A DNA stretch of 64,000 nt from Pseudomonadota bacterium (GTDB lineage: Bacteria > Bdellovibrionota_B > Oligoflexia > Silvanigrellales > Silvanigrellaceae), in contig JBDLRP010000041.1 of the NCBI GenBank assembly GCA_039799905.1, forward strand, positions 64,001-128,000, read 5' to 3'. Position 1 is the stretch's first letter. Every line of letters begins with the position of its first letter. The position numbers were made by a program, and so were the translations under genes. A model generated the notes under the pieces. The model made no database searches and was not told where the DNA came from. It saw only the letters and a list, made by a program, of their open reading frames with translations. Positions 9,288 through 19,120 of this stretch are shown here, piece by piece.

Positions 9288-10873
9288 TTCGCTTTGCCCT
9301 TCTTGGATCCACCACCACATTTCGAATCGATGTTGTAAACGTATGCGCCCAACTCATCCTCCCAGTACTCGCCCTCGAAAGGCCAATACTCGAGTTGCTG
9401 CTTGAGATTCAGCTCACGCATTCCCTCGCCCCACTCCTCTTTGGAGCCTGACGAATTGTCGCCCTGATACTCGTCACGAATTGTGTCAGTAATGACTGCC
9501 TGACGCTCAAGGTTGATGAGCCGCGTCTGGTTGCTGAGGTCCTGCAGATAACGGAACAACTGAAGCGCATGGTCGAAGGCCTGCTGTCCCGTGCGCTCAG
9601 CTGTGGCAGAACGGATGTCGCCATAGAAGCGCTTGAGAACCTCGGCAACGGCATCGAGCCGTGCACCACGGGTCCTCAGCAGTGAACTCTCCTTTTCCAC
9701 GTTCAAAACGACTCGCTGTCCTTCCTTGAAACCCTCGGTGCGGCTGACGGCATCGACGATGTCGACGGCGGATGAGAATTCCTTCATCCGCTTGGAGTTT
9801 CGGTACTGAGCAACAACATCGTAGAAGGCCTTGGGCTGCCCTTTGTACGTCTTGAGAAGACGGTTCAAGTCGGAGAATTTGGGTTTGTATTTTTCCTGAA
9901 ACTCCCTCAAAGCCTTGTCAACCTCGGTGACACGGCAAAGACGGAGGTAAGTAATAGCCTTGAGAATGTACGTTTCCGGATAAAACCGCCGCTCAAAAAA
10001 CGGCGAGGTAATTGTATGCAGATTTCCAAGAGTATTGTTGTGTTTCTGGATCATGAAAAATCCGTACGCACCTTCGAACAGACTTTGCAACCACAGATCT
10101 GAATCGCGCGGAATGCTCGACAGATACTTAAACGATTGCCTGTATTCTCTGCGTTCGTAGTGAACGCGTGCAAGGTTGATTGTCGCGAGCAGGCGAACAT
10201 TTTCATTATTTGTGCGCAACGCACGCTTGAATGAATCGAGGGCTGTATCGGACGTCTTTTGAAACGAAGAGATTACACCCATGTAGAATTGTGCAAGAGT
10301 GAAATAGGAACTGCCGTTGGGAACACGGGAAAACTCGGCCGACGCATTTCTCAGATTCGTTGCACTCTGCGGACCGGCATCGAATGCCTCAAGCCCCTTA
10401 TAATAGTGGTAGAAGCCCTTGGCTTCGGCTGGAATCTCGATTTCGTCGGCACGTACCTGAAAAAGACCTGCGATACTTGCGCGCCCCAGTGGAATTCTGG
10501 AATTAAGCTCGCTGAGCGCAATGAGAGCTCCGCGGAAGTGTTTTCCGCGCGGCCCTAGACTGACAAGCCGACTGAAGAAAAACGCAGATGCGTAGGGAAA
10601 TCCACCGCGACCGAGTGATTGCGCAAGACCCATTTCGGCGTCTTGCTTCACTTCACCGGTCGAAGATGTCACAACCTGATAGAAAATCTTGGCGGCAGAG
10701 AGGTAGTCGCCCGCGCGTTGCGCACGAATTGCGGCGTCAATTGGTCCGGCAGAGGAGGCTTGCATCGAAAAACAAAGCGACGCAGCAGCGAGAAGACTGC
10801 AACCGAGAACCCTCAGGCGGCGTCGCGGAGATTTCGTATGTCGCCTCAGCTGACTCATTTCACTTCCAATCAC
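9284..10873 (-). CDS. gltC: TPR protein, GltC-like
   Basis: TPRs, TLGNLHTITSPFF...YPE and C-terminal YWPFEGEYWEDELGAYVY typical of GltC; alternative ATG at 10858. Confidence 0.85.
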   Translation of the reverse strand: MIGSEMSQLRRHTKSPRRRLRVLGCSLLAAASLCFSMQASSAGPIDAAIRAQRAGDYLSAAKIFYQVVTSSTGEVKQDAEMGLAQSLGRGGFPYASAFFFSRLVSLGPRGKHFRGALIALSELNSRIPLGRASIAGLFQVRADEIEIPAEAKGFYHYYKGLEAFDAGPQSATNLRNASAEFSRVPNGSSYFTLAQFYMGVISSFQKTSDTALDSFKRALRTNNENVRLLATINLARVHYERREYRQSFKYLSSIPRDSDLWLQSLFEGAYGFFMIQKHNNTLGNLHTITSPFFERRFYPETYILKAITYLRLCRVTEVDKALREFQEKYKPKFSDLNRLLKTYKGQPKAFYDVVAQYRNSKRMKEFSSAVDIVDAVSRTEGFKEGQRVVLNVEKESSLLRTRGARLDAVAEVLKRFYGDIRSATAERTGQQAFDHALQLFRYLQDLSNQTRLINLERQAVITDTIRDEYQGDNSSGSKEEWGEGMRELNLKQQLEYWPFEGEYWEDELGAYVYNIDSKCGGGSKKGKAK

Positions 10874-11559
10874 AAATAATAACTCGCACCAAATGACAAC
10901 ATGACGCTCTGTCCGAGTGCGCCCGCCTTGTTGCCTACGACATAGTCGCGCAAGTACCAGTTGAGAGCTGCACTCTTGTTCAGAAAGAATCGCTGTCCCA
11001 TGCCAAAGTTGAATTGAACCGGACTGTAGGGAATCGGCAGCTTGACAGGTTCGTCGGGCGCTCTTGGCTTGCAGCCCTGTTCGCGCTGTTTCATATTCGC
11101 CAGACCACCTCCGGCAATCAGAAACCAGTCAAAATAAACAACGTCGCCGCTGGCTATCTGGTATTTGCCATAAATGGGTGTCAGAGCGACCCCACCGCCG
11201 ATCATGTTGTCGAACTCATCCACAATCGGCTCGATTGAGAACTTGCCGCCCAATTCGGTGCAGTCAGATTTGTTGATTGTTATTCCAACCGCACCTTCGC
11301 CAAAAATCTCGAGCCACTCGGTCATGTGCAAACCAAGCTTTGCCGAGGGAAGGTAGGTGTACGTATAGGCTTTGTTCATGACCGCAGCGAGATTGGCGCC
11401 AAGCTCAACGCGCACCGACTTCTGAAAGAATTTTTGCCGGATGACGCGAATTTCAACATTGGTGAACTGCTGATCCTGATTTTGCGCAAAGCACATCGAA
11501 GATGGCGCAAGCGCCGCAGCTGCCGCAAGCAATTTCACTATGCTCCAGCCTTTTTGCAT
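10870..11559 (-). CDS. Outer membrane beta-barrel protein, GltA/GltB-like
   Basis: Signal peptide; IRVIRQKFFQK, TPIYGK and FNFGMGQRFF motifs; aromatic C-terminus (ASYYL); upstream of gltC. Confidence 0.8.
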   Translation of the reverse strand: MQKGWSIVKLLAAAAALAPSSMCFAQNQDQQFTNVEIRVIRQKFFQKSVRVELGANLAAVMNKAYTYTYLPSAKLGLHMTEWLEIFGEGAVGITINKSDCTELGGKFSIEPIVDEFDNMIGGGVALTPIYGKYQIASGDVVYFDWFLIAGGGLANMKQREQGCKPRAPDEPVKLPIPYSPVQFNFGMGQRFFLNKSAALNWYLRDYVVGNKAGALGQSVMLSFGASYYL

Positions 11560-11560
11560 T

Positions 11561-12076
11561 TTAGTTCACATCCTTCTTTTGCACCGCAAACTTCCAAGAA
11601 ATAAACTCAGCCTGCTGAGCCGATGCCAGTACACGTTTTATGATTCTGTATGGGATGGCTTTGTCCGACTGCATGACAAGAGTCGAAATATCCTGATTGC
11701 TCAGACCAAGGTTCTTTGATCTATTCTTGAGTGTCTCGTTTTGCGCCTTGAGTTTCTTAAATTCGTCGTATGCCTTGCGGATCGCACCCTGTCCGTCCTT
11801 TTTGTACGCTTCAACCACGTCCTGAGCATTTGCAGTCAAAGGAATGCTCAGACCGCCCTGCAACAGAATTTCGGTCTTGGTGATTGAAACGGATGCCGCA
11901 GCATCCAGACTCAATTTCACTTCCGAAACCGGCAGTTCCAAATTTGCGCTAACTTCGGCACTTTCACCGCTGACGGAAAAATTCATGAGCAAAAATACGA
12001 TGAGGATGCTGAACACGTCCAGCATGGGATATAGGTTCAGGGAAAACCCACCTTCGCCAACATCTACGCCTGCCAT
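11561..12076 (-). CDS. ExbD/TolR family protein (AglS-like)
   Basis: LNLYPMLDVFSILIVFLL TM with conserved Asp; QSDKAIPYRIIKRVL motif. Confidence 0.88.
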   Translation of the reverse strand: MAGVDVGEGGFSLNLYPMLDVFSILIVFLLMNFSVSGESAEVSANLELPVSEVKLSLDAAASVSITKTEILLQGGLSIPLTANAQDVVEAYKKDGQGAIRKAYDEFKKLKAQNETLKNRSKNLGLSNQDISTLVMQSDKAIPYRIIKRVLASAQQAEFISWKFAVQKKDVN

Positions 12077-12083
12077 TCAAACC

Positions 12084-12644
12084 TCAATCTGCAAAAATTA
12101 CGTTTCCAAGCACAATCTTCGTCACCAAATTCGTCGGGTCTGTGCCCGCCGGCAATTTATAATCCGCCGGCCAAGGAATCGGAGTTCGGTTCGGGCGAAG
12201 TTCGCGCACAGTATCAAGCACCATCACGAGTTTTTCGTAATTGACTTCCTGTTGGGTGAAGATTGTCACCTTGTCGAAAGCCGGATTCTCCTTGCGGATG
12301 TCGTAGATTTTCGCCTGTATTTTATCGAGACCCTCTTCCGTCAGCGGCACCTCAATTTCGTCTTGAATCGTCGACTTTGCGGTTGTCGCCTGCTGGTACT
12401 TCACCTTGTCAGTATCGATCGTGATGTTGACGGTTTTTTCCGGCTTTTTGTCCAGTTCTTCCTGCTTGGGAGGCGGCTGACTGGATAGAAAGGGAATTTC
12501 AATCCGGACTTCACCGGTCGCAGAAAACACCGAGGTTGCAAGAAGGAAAATGATGAGCACCGAAAAGAGGTCAAGCATCGGCGTGACGTTGATTTCGAAC
12601 GCGCTTGCCACTTTTTTTCGTCTTTTAAGTCTAAAACCGCTCAT
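12084..12644 (-). CDS. ExbD/TolR family protein (AglQ-like)
   Basis: INVTPMLDLFSVLIIFLL TM with conserved Asp; VNYEKLVMVLD motif. Confidence 0.88.
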   Translation of the reverse strand: MSGFRLKRRKKVASAFEINVTPMLDLFSVLIIFLLATSVFSATGEVRIEIPFLSSQPPPKQEELDKKPEKTVNITIDTDKVKYQQATTAKSTIQDEIEVPLTEEGLDKIQAKIYDIRKENPAFDKVTIFTQQEVNYEKLVMVLDTVRELRPNRTPIPWPADYKLPAGTDPTNLVTKIVLGNVIFAD

Positions 12645-12660
12645 CTAATAGCCCCTGCAA

Positions 12661-13320
12661 TCATTCGGCTGATGACTTGGCAGCCAGATTTGTTCTTCTC
12701 ATTTGAAGCAACTCGATCAGTTTGGCTGCAAATTCATCGGTCGTTTCTGTGGCCTGGTTCGCCTTGAAGGTAAGAACTCCATGGAGCACCATTGCAACAA
12801 GAGCAGTTCCCAAGCCGAAGCCGGTTGCATAAAGAGCATGTGAGATACCTTCAGCGAGTCGCGTCTGCTTTGCAGCACCCGTCAGTGTCGCCACCGCGCC
12901 GAACGATGTAATCAGACCCGCAATCGTCCCAAGCAGACCGAGCAGCGTCGTGATGTTGGCGAGAGTACCGAAGTAGTTGAGGTAGCGGTTGACGAGCGGA
13001 AGCCGCTCGAGAGTCGCAGATTCAATCGCATTCTGAGTTTCGTCCGCAGTGCGGCTTGCGCTTTGCAAACCCTTTTTCCAGACGCGCGGAAGAATCTGTT
13101 TTGAAGGCTGGCGCTCGCACAGGCGAATCGCTCCTTCGATCTGGTTGTTGGCAACCTGCTTGTAGATTTCGGCCCACATACCGCGGGCGTTGGGCGTGTC
13201 GAAAACAAAATAGAGCAACCACGCTCTCCATGCCCCCAACGCCACCACACAGATGAAGAAGAAGAGAATGACGTACATAATGAAGCCGCCGGCCATAAAC
13301 GCGCGCTGAATAAAATCCAT
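12661..13320 (-). CDS. MotA/TolQ/ExbB proton channel protein (AglR-like)
   Basis: Three TMs; TLLGLLGTIAGLI and GISHALYATGFGL signatures. Confidence 0.92.
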   Translation of the reverse strand: MDFIQRAFMAGGFIMYVILFFFICVVALGAWRAWLLYFVFDTPNARGMWAEIYKQVANNQIEGAIRLCERQPSKQILPRVWKKGLQSASRTADETQNAIESATLERLPLVNRYLNYFGTLANITTLLGLLGTIAGLITSFGAVATLTGAAKQTRLAEGISHALYATGFGLGTALVAMVLHGVLTFKANQATETTDEFAAKLIELLQMRRTNLAAKSSAE

Positions 13321-13358
13321 TGTGAGCCTCCCGATACACAGAAGCGATTTCGTTTAAA

Positions 13359-13388
13359 AGTTTAGGGAGGTTGCCTTGCGTGAGTCAA
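13359..13388 (-). promoter_or_regulatory. Putative sigma70 promoter of the Agl-Glt operon
   Basis: Minus strand TTGACT (13388-13383)-N18-TAAACT (13364-13359); GGAGG SD precedes ATG 13320. Confidence 0.55.
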
Positions 13389-13405
13389 TGTTACTTAATT
13401 GGCCG

Positions 13406-14065
13406 TCAAAATTCAGTCCATTGTCTCAACTTCTGATAAACAGAAAGTAAATTCTGCTCAGTTGGGACCTCATGCTTGATGATGATTTGTCCTTCTCGCG
13501 TGAGCAGCCAGCAGGTCGGAACTTTGGGGTTGTTTAGCTTATCAACAAATTCCGTTTGAGCTAATCCAAAAACATAGCGAGGTTTATTTTGCTCGGCCCA
13601 CGCTGCAATATTTTCAGGCGTATCGTGTGAGAACGCCGCGACCGTTGCGATTTTGTATTTCTCGAAAAATTGAATGTGCTTTTGAAAATACTGATGAACC
13701 ACCTGCGTACTTTTGTTCCATGTTCCAACAACGCACAGGTGTGAGAATCGCCAGCCGCGAGGATCAAAGAGGATTGGCAGTTGTTGGCCTGCAGGCAACA
13801 ACTTGAGCGCAGGAAGCGTGATACGGCGCAAAAATGGTTCGGGATTGGGTGTGGCTTTGGCGCCGACCGGCACGGGTGGATTTGCCGCCGCAGGTGATGC
13901 AGCCGCCGCAGGTGATGCAGCCGCCGCGGGTGATGCAGCCGCCGCAGGTGATGCAGCCGCCGCAGGTGATGCAGCCGCCGCGGGTGATTCAGCTGTCGCG
14001 CGCTGCTGATAGACAGCAACCCACGTAAGTAACAGAGACAAGCCTATCAGGCGGCCATAGATCAT
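13406..14065 (-). CDS. Exported thioredoxin-fold (TlpA/redoxin-like) protein lacking CxxC
   Basis: Signal peptide from MIYGRL (GGAG SD), SPAAAA repeats, then VVGTWNKST and cis-Pro motif [13 protein letters not shown]. Confidence 0.65.
   Translation of the reverse strand: MIYGRLIGLSLLLTWVAVYQQRATAESPAAAASPAAAASPAAAASPAAAASPAAAASPAAANPPVPVGAKATPNPEPFLRRITLPALKLLPAGQQLPILFDPRGWRFSHLCVVGTWNKSTQVVHQYFQKHIQFFEKYKIATVAAFSHDTPENIAAWAEQNKPRYVFGLAQTEFVDKLNNPKVPTCWLLTREGQIIIKHEVPTEQNLLSVYQKLRQWTEF
13884..13991. repeat. 18-bp tandem repeat x6 encoding SPAAAA
   Basis: Unit gccgccgc(a/g)ggtgatgca; the variable base runs a,a,g,a,a,g. Confidence 0.95.
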
Positions 14066-14191
14066 AAAAATGAACTCCGAAGCAAATTTGATGACCCGCG
14101 TTGTACGGAAGGTGCCCCGATTAGATGACTCCTGCGTCAGACGCGGTATCATCATTATCCACGGTTCCATCATGCAAATCATGGAGGAAGA

Positions 14192-15475
14192 TTGGAATAC
14201 GTTGACGCTTCAGTAAAACCAGAGTCTTCTGCTGATATTTTAAGCAACAAGCGCGTGGCTGAAAATCGCTGGGCAATGCCTTGGCAGGAATTGGCGGTTG
14301 TCCTGGGACAACAGAATATTCTCAACCACCGCAGTCTCAACATTGCACACCGTGAGCGAGCTTCGGAATTTTTGCGTCACTGCGGCTTCGACCTAAGTCG
14401 ATTCGAGCACCGCAAACAAGTCGAACAGTTTTTTGGAGAAGCGATTTTTTTTATCCGGCACATCCTCCTTTCCGCCGATGAACGAGACAAATACCCAGTA
14501 CCAAGCGACCTCTTGCATCTTGATGATCCGCGAAGACTGATGGTTTTTGCAAGCCAGAGAATGCCAAGACGCCGCTATTTGCGCTTGTGGTCATGTTCGA
14601 TATTGAAGGTGATGAACGCAATCTCGCACCTTGAGTACAACGGCAAATTGCGCGAACTTGACGCTGCCCGCGAACAGATCTTCGGCAGAATCCGTTCCGT
14701 TGTCACTCACAATCCATCAGCAGGCTGGTCGGCTCGCTCACACAGTGTGGAGCTCTCACTCGAAACACTCGAGTGGAAAGAGGCCAAAACAAGACACAGT
14801 GTATTGCTCAAACTGCTGCACAAGCCCGAAGCCATGGCCGAGGAAGTTTTCGATTACCTTGGCGTGAGGTTTGTCGTCAGCGATGCACAAGACATTGCAC
14901 GTTTGCTAAGAATTCTAATTGAAACAGACATCATTGTGCCGCATCAGGTGCTTAATTTACGCACAAGGAATTCGCTTCTTAACCTGCAGAGTGCCCAGCG
15001 GCAGCTCGATTTGGCATTCGATCTTCTGCAAAATGGGACGACTTCGCCCGAGGAGTTCACAGCAATGTGTGAACGGGTCAATTGGTCTTACCCGCTTGAA
15101 CAGCTCATTTCCGGCACAAAACAAAACATGCATTCAAGCAGCCGCTACAAATCCATCCAATTGACTGTCCGACATTTGGTACGCACTCCCAATCCGGCTT
15201 TTTTGGTGCTGAGTTCTTTAGCCGGACAACTCAGGCACGCCCGTGGCCTTGAGCCGGAAGACGACCCCCTGCTGATGGGGCTTATTCCCGAAGAAAATGC
15301 ACGCTTTTTTCCCTTGGAAATTCAGATCTTTGACCGCAACAGCTTTCAAATTGCGCAATTCGGACCAGCATCGCACGAACACTACAAGTCAAACCAGCTG
15401 CAAACCGTCCGCAAACGTGTCCTTGGAAGTCTTCTGCACTTCACTGAGACACGCTTGCAGACACAGGACTATTGA
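14192..15475 (+). CDS. TIGR04552-like protein, RelA/SpoT-type nucleotidyltransferase fold
   Basis: TTG start after GGAGG; motifs KTRHSVLLKLLHKPE, FDYLGVRFV, YKSIQLT, PLEIQI, ASHEHYK. Confidence 0.8.
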   Translation: MEYVDASVKPESSADILSNKRVAENRWAMPWQELAVVLGQQNILNHRSLNIAHRERASEFLRHCGFDLSRFEHRKQVEQFFGEAIFFIRHILLSADERDKYPVPSDLLHLDDPRRLMVFASQRMPRRRYLRLWSCSILKVMNAISHLEYNGKLRELDAAREQIFGRIRSVVTHNPSAGWSARSHSVELSLETLEWKEAKTRHSVLLKLLHKPEAMAEEVFDYLGVRFVVSDAQDIARLLRILIETDIIVPHQVLNLRTRNSLLNLQSAQRQLDLAFDLLQNGTTSPEEFTAMCERVNWSYPLEQLISGTKQNMHSSSRYKSIQLTVRHLVRTPNPAFLVLSSLAGQLRHARGLEPEDDPLLMGLIPEENARFFPLEIQIFDRNSFQIAQFGPASHEHYKSNQLQTVRKRVLGSLLHFTETRLQTQDY

Positions 15476-15520
15476 GTGCATCGTGTTGTCATTCTTCGCG
15501 CCACAGAAACGGGGACTTGA

Positions 15521-18500
15521 ATGGACGGACTTGATCAATGGCTGGACGTTGCGGGCCTGATGCCGCCGCTGCCCGCAGATGTTTCACAGAGACTTTTCGC
15601 CAAGACCGGAGGAGACACCTCGGGGTCGCACACCTTCATTCCCAACCTGCTCACTGAAACCGACTTCTACACGCATGTTCTCCCGCAGTTGCAGCGGAAT
15701 GTTGCGCCCGACATCATCAAATTTATCGTCACTCGAATTTCAAAGACCTTCATGCTTCGCAAAAAACTTGCAGAGCTCAAACCGCGCATTGAAGAGATTG
15801 TTGGGACAGGAAACTTTTCAGCGCTTTGGCTTGATCGCGAAGCATTTTCGGCCGACAGCATGGAACACCGAGCTCTTGTCACGGAAGCGGTGATTCATGT
15901 CTATTCTGCACCCGCGCTGCAAAAGCTGGTCAAACTTTTTTACACCCATAAGGTGCCGATGATCCCCTACGGAGAAGGTGGCGGATACAATATGGGAGTA
16001 ACCCCCATGGCTCCCGCGGTGACCGTCAGTTTGCGCGGGATTGATCACATTTCGGAAATACGGCCGAGCAGACGCTGCAACGGTCAATTTGAAGTCACCG
16101 TCGGTGCAGGAGTTCCATTCAAGGATCTTGTTGCTTACTTGGGTAAACGCGGATTTGTTTTACGCTGCGATCCAAACACTCCACGTGCCGCAACCGGAGG
16201 TATTGCCGCTACCGGCAGCAACGGTGGTCGCAAAGCTTATGAAGTCATTATTCACGGCCGTGCGGTTACCGCCCGCGGGACCGCCGTGTGTTTTGCACCC
16301 GACGAACGTGAAGCACGTGACATAGACAGCGAACCGTTCCTGATGGCGCGAAAATTTTTCAGCATTCGTGATACAGTCAGTTTCGAAAAAGAGTTCAAGT
16401 CGGTCAGTAAGCGCGAGCTCAAGGCGGTTTGCGAACCGTCGTCGGAAAATGTCAGCGTGCCTCTCACGGGAATGAAGGCTGCTGCCAACATGTTGGCTCA
16501 GCGCGCCCAGCGTGAGGCGCAAAACGACAACTATCTTTCCACAGACAGCATGGCAGATGCTCCCAAACTGCCTCTCTCTGCCTTCGTCGGCGCAGAGGGC
16601 AGCACGGGATTCATTTATGAAGTCACCTTTGAAATTGAAAAGCCAAAAAATTATCTGATGGGTTCGCGCTGGCACTTCACTTCTGTGGAAGCGGCCACGA
16701 GGGTAACGCGCGCCATTAAATCATTGCCGCAAAAGGAACACCCTGAATATTTTGAGATCATCACGGGACACAGCATAAGACGCTTTCTTTTGCAGGATTT
16801 TCCGAACGTGTTCAATCCCGCCGATGAGGCGGTCATCATTATGTCCGTGGAAGAAAATGATCCGGCCGGATGTCGCGCGCGCATGCAACGATGCGAGGCA
16901 ACTGCCTTCATCGCCCTTGCAGAATCTGGACTGACTCCGACGGATCATCTCCGCAGCCTTGAAAAAACCGAAATCCTCGACTCGACAGTTGGATTTCATG
17001 AATTCGAAGTGATGCGGCGACCGCGTGAGGAGCTGCCGAAAAAGCTCCGCACAAAGTGCAAAACCGACATGGAAATTCGCAGTGAATATCTTCCCGAAGT
17101 TCTTAAAATCGTCGAACAGACAAAACCGGCGCAACTGGCCGATCAAAAGCAAGACGTCCTGTTTGGGCATCTGACTCCACGACACACCGCCATCATCCAC
17201 TGGAACATCGGTGGATTTGACCTTTACGACGAGGAGCAAGCTTCGATTGCTTGGGACTATCTTGAACGGGTGATTTCTCAGGCGCAGTCTTTGGCTCCGG
17301 CCGGAGATCCAAATGGCAGCGCCCGCTTCACCGGTGAACATGGTGTCGCAGGAAAAGCAGCATTTCTATGGATAAATCACATCCCGAAAGTAGATTTCGA
17401 CAGGATGTGCAAAATAAAAGATATTCTCGACCCCGATGATCTTTTCAATCCTGAAACTCTCTTTCTGAGAACGAGTTTGTCGCGCTCGCTGCGCGCCAGA
17501 CTACTCAACATCAGCAGCAGACAAATTCAGGAATCACTCAAATCTTCCTCGCCGCTCACCAATGAACAGGCTCTTAGTGCAGAGCGTCTTGCCATCAGCG
17601 AAGGACAAAAATGCACCCGCTGCAACAGCTGCAAGGTGTGTCCCGTGATTGATGCGGAGCATCAGCTGGAGGGCAAAGGCATCCGCGCCAGCAAGCGCCC
17701 CACCCTGCCGAGCAAGCGAAACATTCTGATGTTCATGGAACGCGTTGCGGTACTGAGGGCATCTGCGCGCTACAGTAAAAATGCCGGACAAGTTGAAAAA
17801 GTCGTTCAGGCGACAAACAAGATGCTCGCCGAAAGTGCCAACCTCCTGAAGAAATGTTTTTACTGCCGGCGCTGCGACAAGGCCTGCCCCGTCGAGATTG
17901 AAATCCATCCGCTCATGCGTGCTTACCACACGATGGGACAGTTGCCCTCCATGGGTTCCAAACTCTGGGGATTTCTTTACGACCGTCTGATGGGCGAAGA
18001 TTTTTTCAAGGCATACACATATAAATTGATTTCGCTCTGTATTGCAGTCTCGCTGCCAGTGTTGAACCTGCTGAGACGCTCGAAGCGGATTCCTGACTGG
18101 CTGAAAACCTACACGGTACCGCCGACACTCTCCGTCACTCACTACGAGCCTCTGCAGAACGGAAACAAAATCAAATCGTCCGACAACTTTGTGCTCATCA
18201 AGAATGACGCCGGAAATGCGGTCACGGCGAATGATTCCTCGGCAGGACAAACGATTTACATCCGATACCGGGGCTGCATGGACACTTTCGGCCTGCCTCA
18301 GGCAACGAGCGATGTCGACCTTTACTTCAAGAACATTTTAGGTGCGCGCTTCGTCGATTTGGAGAAGAAAATGTGCTGCGGTTTCCCTTACGAGGCCGAG
18401 GGACTCCACGAGCGTGCAAAATTGGCCCACTTTAACTCGATGGTTGAAATCGCCAAATGCATTTTCAGACTTGTGGAGGAGTGGCGTGAGCACGGTTCTC

Positions 18501-19120
18501 ATGGCGAGCCACGGTTTGTGATGTTCTCGAATTGTCCTACTTGTTGTGAGGCGATCCGTGAGTTCAAAAATTTGCTGAAAAATCCGGAGAAAGTTGAACT
18601 GCTCAGGGCCCGCGCGTCGCTGCCTGCGGCTTTCGACCTCAGGTACCTGAATTACGAGACTCTGGATACAGCCGAGATTGCAATGGATCTTCTGAAGAAG
18701 TCAGCGGACGAAAAAAAGATCAAGCTGCAGACGCTCGTCCCAGCCGAGAGAATCCAAAAAACGGTCGGTCTAAAAGTCCCGTGTCACAATACAAAACAGG
18801 CGACCGCCGCTCAGCTTGCTTTGCTGAAATTATATTACTCGGGAGTTGAGTCCTACGACAACTGTTGCGGACTGTCGGGAACCTCAAGACTCAAACATCC
18901 ACGCATTGGTACACAAATCGCAGACAACCTTTTCGATCAAATTCGCTCTGCACCTGCTGACGCGGTTGTCAGCGGCTGCCCCAGCTGCCGTGACGGAGTC
19001 AAAATTCAGCAAGGTATTCTTAAGGGACGCAAGGACGCAATCGCAGATTTCGAATTGTCGGGAATCTTCTCTCAAATCATGGCTGATTTGAAAACCGCTG
19101 GGGATGCGGAGAAAGCCTGA
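15521..19120 (+). CDS. FAD-binding and Fe-S-binding oxidoreductase (GlcD/GlcF-type fusion)
   Basis: PYGEGGG FAD loop, GAEGSTG, TGEHGV, DPDDLFNP; two CxxCxxC ferredoxin motifs; two CCG motifs and C-terminal GCPSC. Confidence 0.85.
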   Translation: MDGLDQWLDVAGLMPPLPADVSQRLFAKTGGDTSGSHTFIPNLLTETDFYTHVLPQLQRNVAPDIIKFIVTRISKTFMLRKKLAELKPRIEEIVGTGNFSALWLDREAFSADSMEHRALVTEAVIHVYSAPALQKLVKLFYTHKVPMIPYGEGGGYNMGVTPMAPAVTVSLRGIDHISEIRPSRRCNGQFEVTVGAGVPFKDLVAYLGKRGFVLRCDPNTPRAATGGIAATGSNGGRKAYEVIIHGRAVTARGTAVCFAPDEREARDIDSEPFLMARKFFSIRDTVSFEKEFKSVSKRELKAVCEPSSENVSVPLTGMKAAANMLAQRAQREAQNDNYLSTDSMADAPKLPLSAFVGAEGSTGFIYEVTFEIEKPKNYLMGSRWHFTSVEAATRVTRAIKSLPQKEHPEYFEIITGHSIRRFLLQDFPNVFNPADEAVIIMSVEENDPAGCRARMQRCEATAFIALAESGLTPTDHLRSLEKTEILDSTVGFHEFEVMRRPREELPKKLRTKCKTDMEIRSEYLPEVLKIVEQTKPAQLADQKQDVLFGHLTPRHTAIIHWNIGGFDLYDEEQASIAWDYLERVISQAQSLAPAGDPNGSARFTGEHGVAGKAAFLWINHIPKVDFDRMCKIKDILDPDDLFNPETLFLRTSLSRSLRARLLNISSRQIQESLKSSSPLTNEQALSAERLAISEGQKCTRCNSCKVCPVIDAEHQLEGKGIRASKRPTLPSKRNILMFMERVAVLRASARYSKNAGQVEKVVQATNKMLAESANLLKKCFYCRRCDKACPVEIEIHPLMRAYHTMGQLPSMGSKLWGFLYDRLMGEDFFKAYTYKLISLCIAVSLPVLNLLRRSKRIPDWLKTYTVPPTLSVTHYEPLQNGNKIKSSDNFVLIKNDAGNAVTANDSSAGQTIYIRYRGCMDTFGLPQATSDVDLYFKNILGARFVDLEKKMCCGFPYEAEGLHERAKLAHFNSMVEIAKCIFRLVEEWREHGSHGEPRFVMFSNCPTCCEAIREFKNLLKNPEKVELLRARASLPAAFDLRYLNYETLDTAEIAMDLLKKSADEKKIKLQTLVPAERIQKTVGLKVPCHNTKQATAAQLALLKLYYSGVESYDNCCGLSGTSRLKHPRIGTQIADNLFDQIRSAPADAVVSGCPSCRDGVKIQQGILKGRKDAIADFELSGIFSQIMADLKTAGDAEKA

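Noticed and set aside
11561..13320. Ordinary Tol-Pal or TonB-ExbBD system
   Set aside because: No tolA/tolB/pal or TonB-dependent receptor is adjacent; the downstream gltC/D/E/G-like genes fit Agl-Glt.
13884..13991. CRISPR array (also considered for 25393-25542)
   Set aside because: The repeats are head-to-tail with no spacers, in frame inside CDSs, and there are no cas genes.
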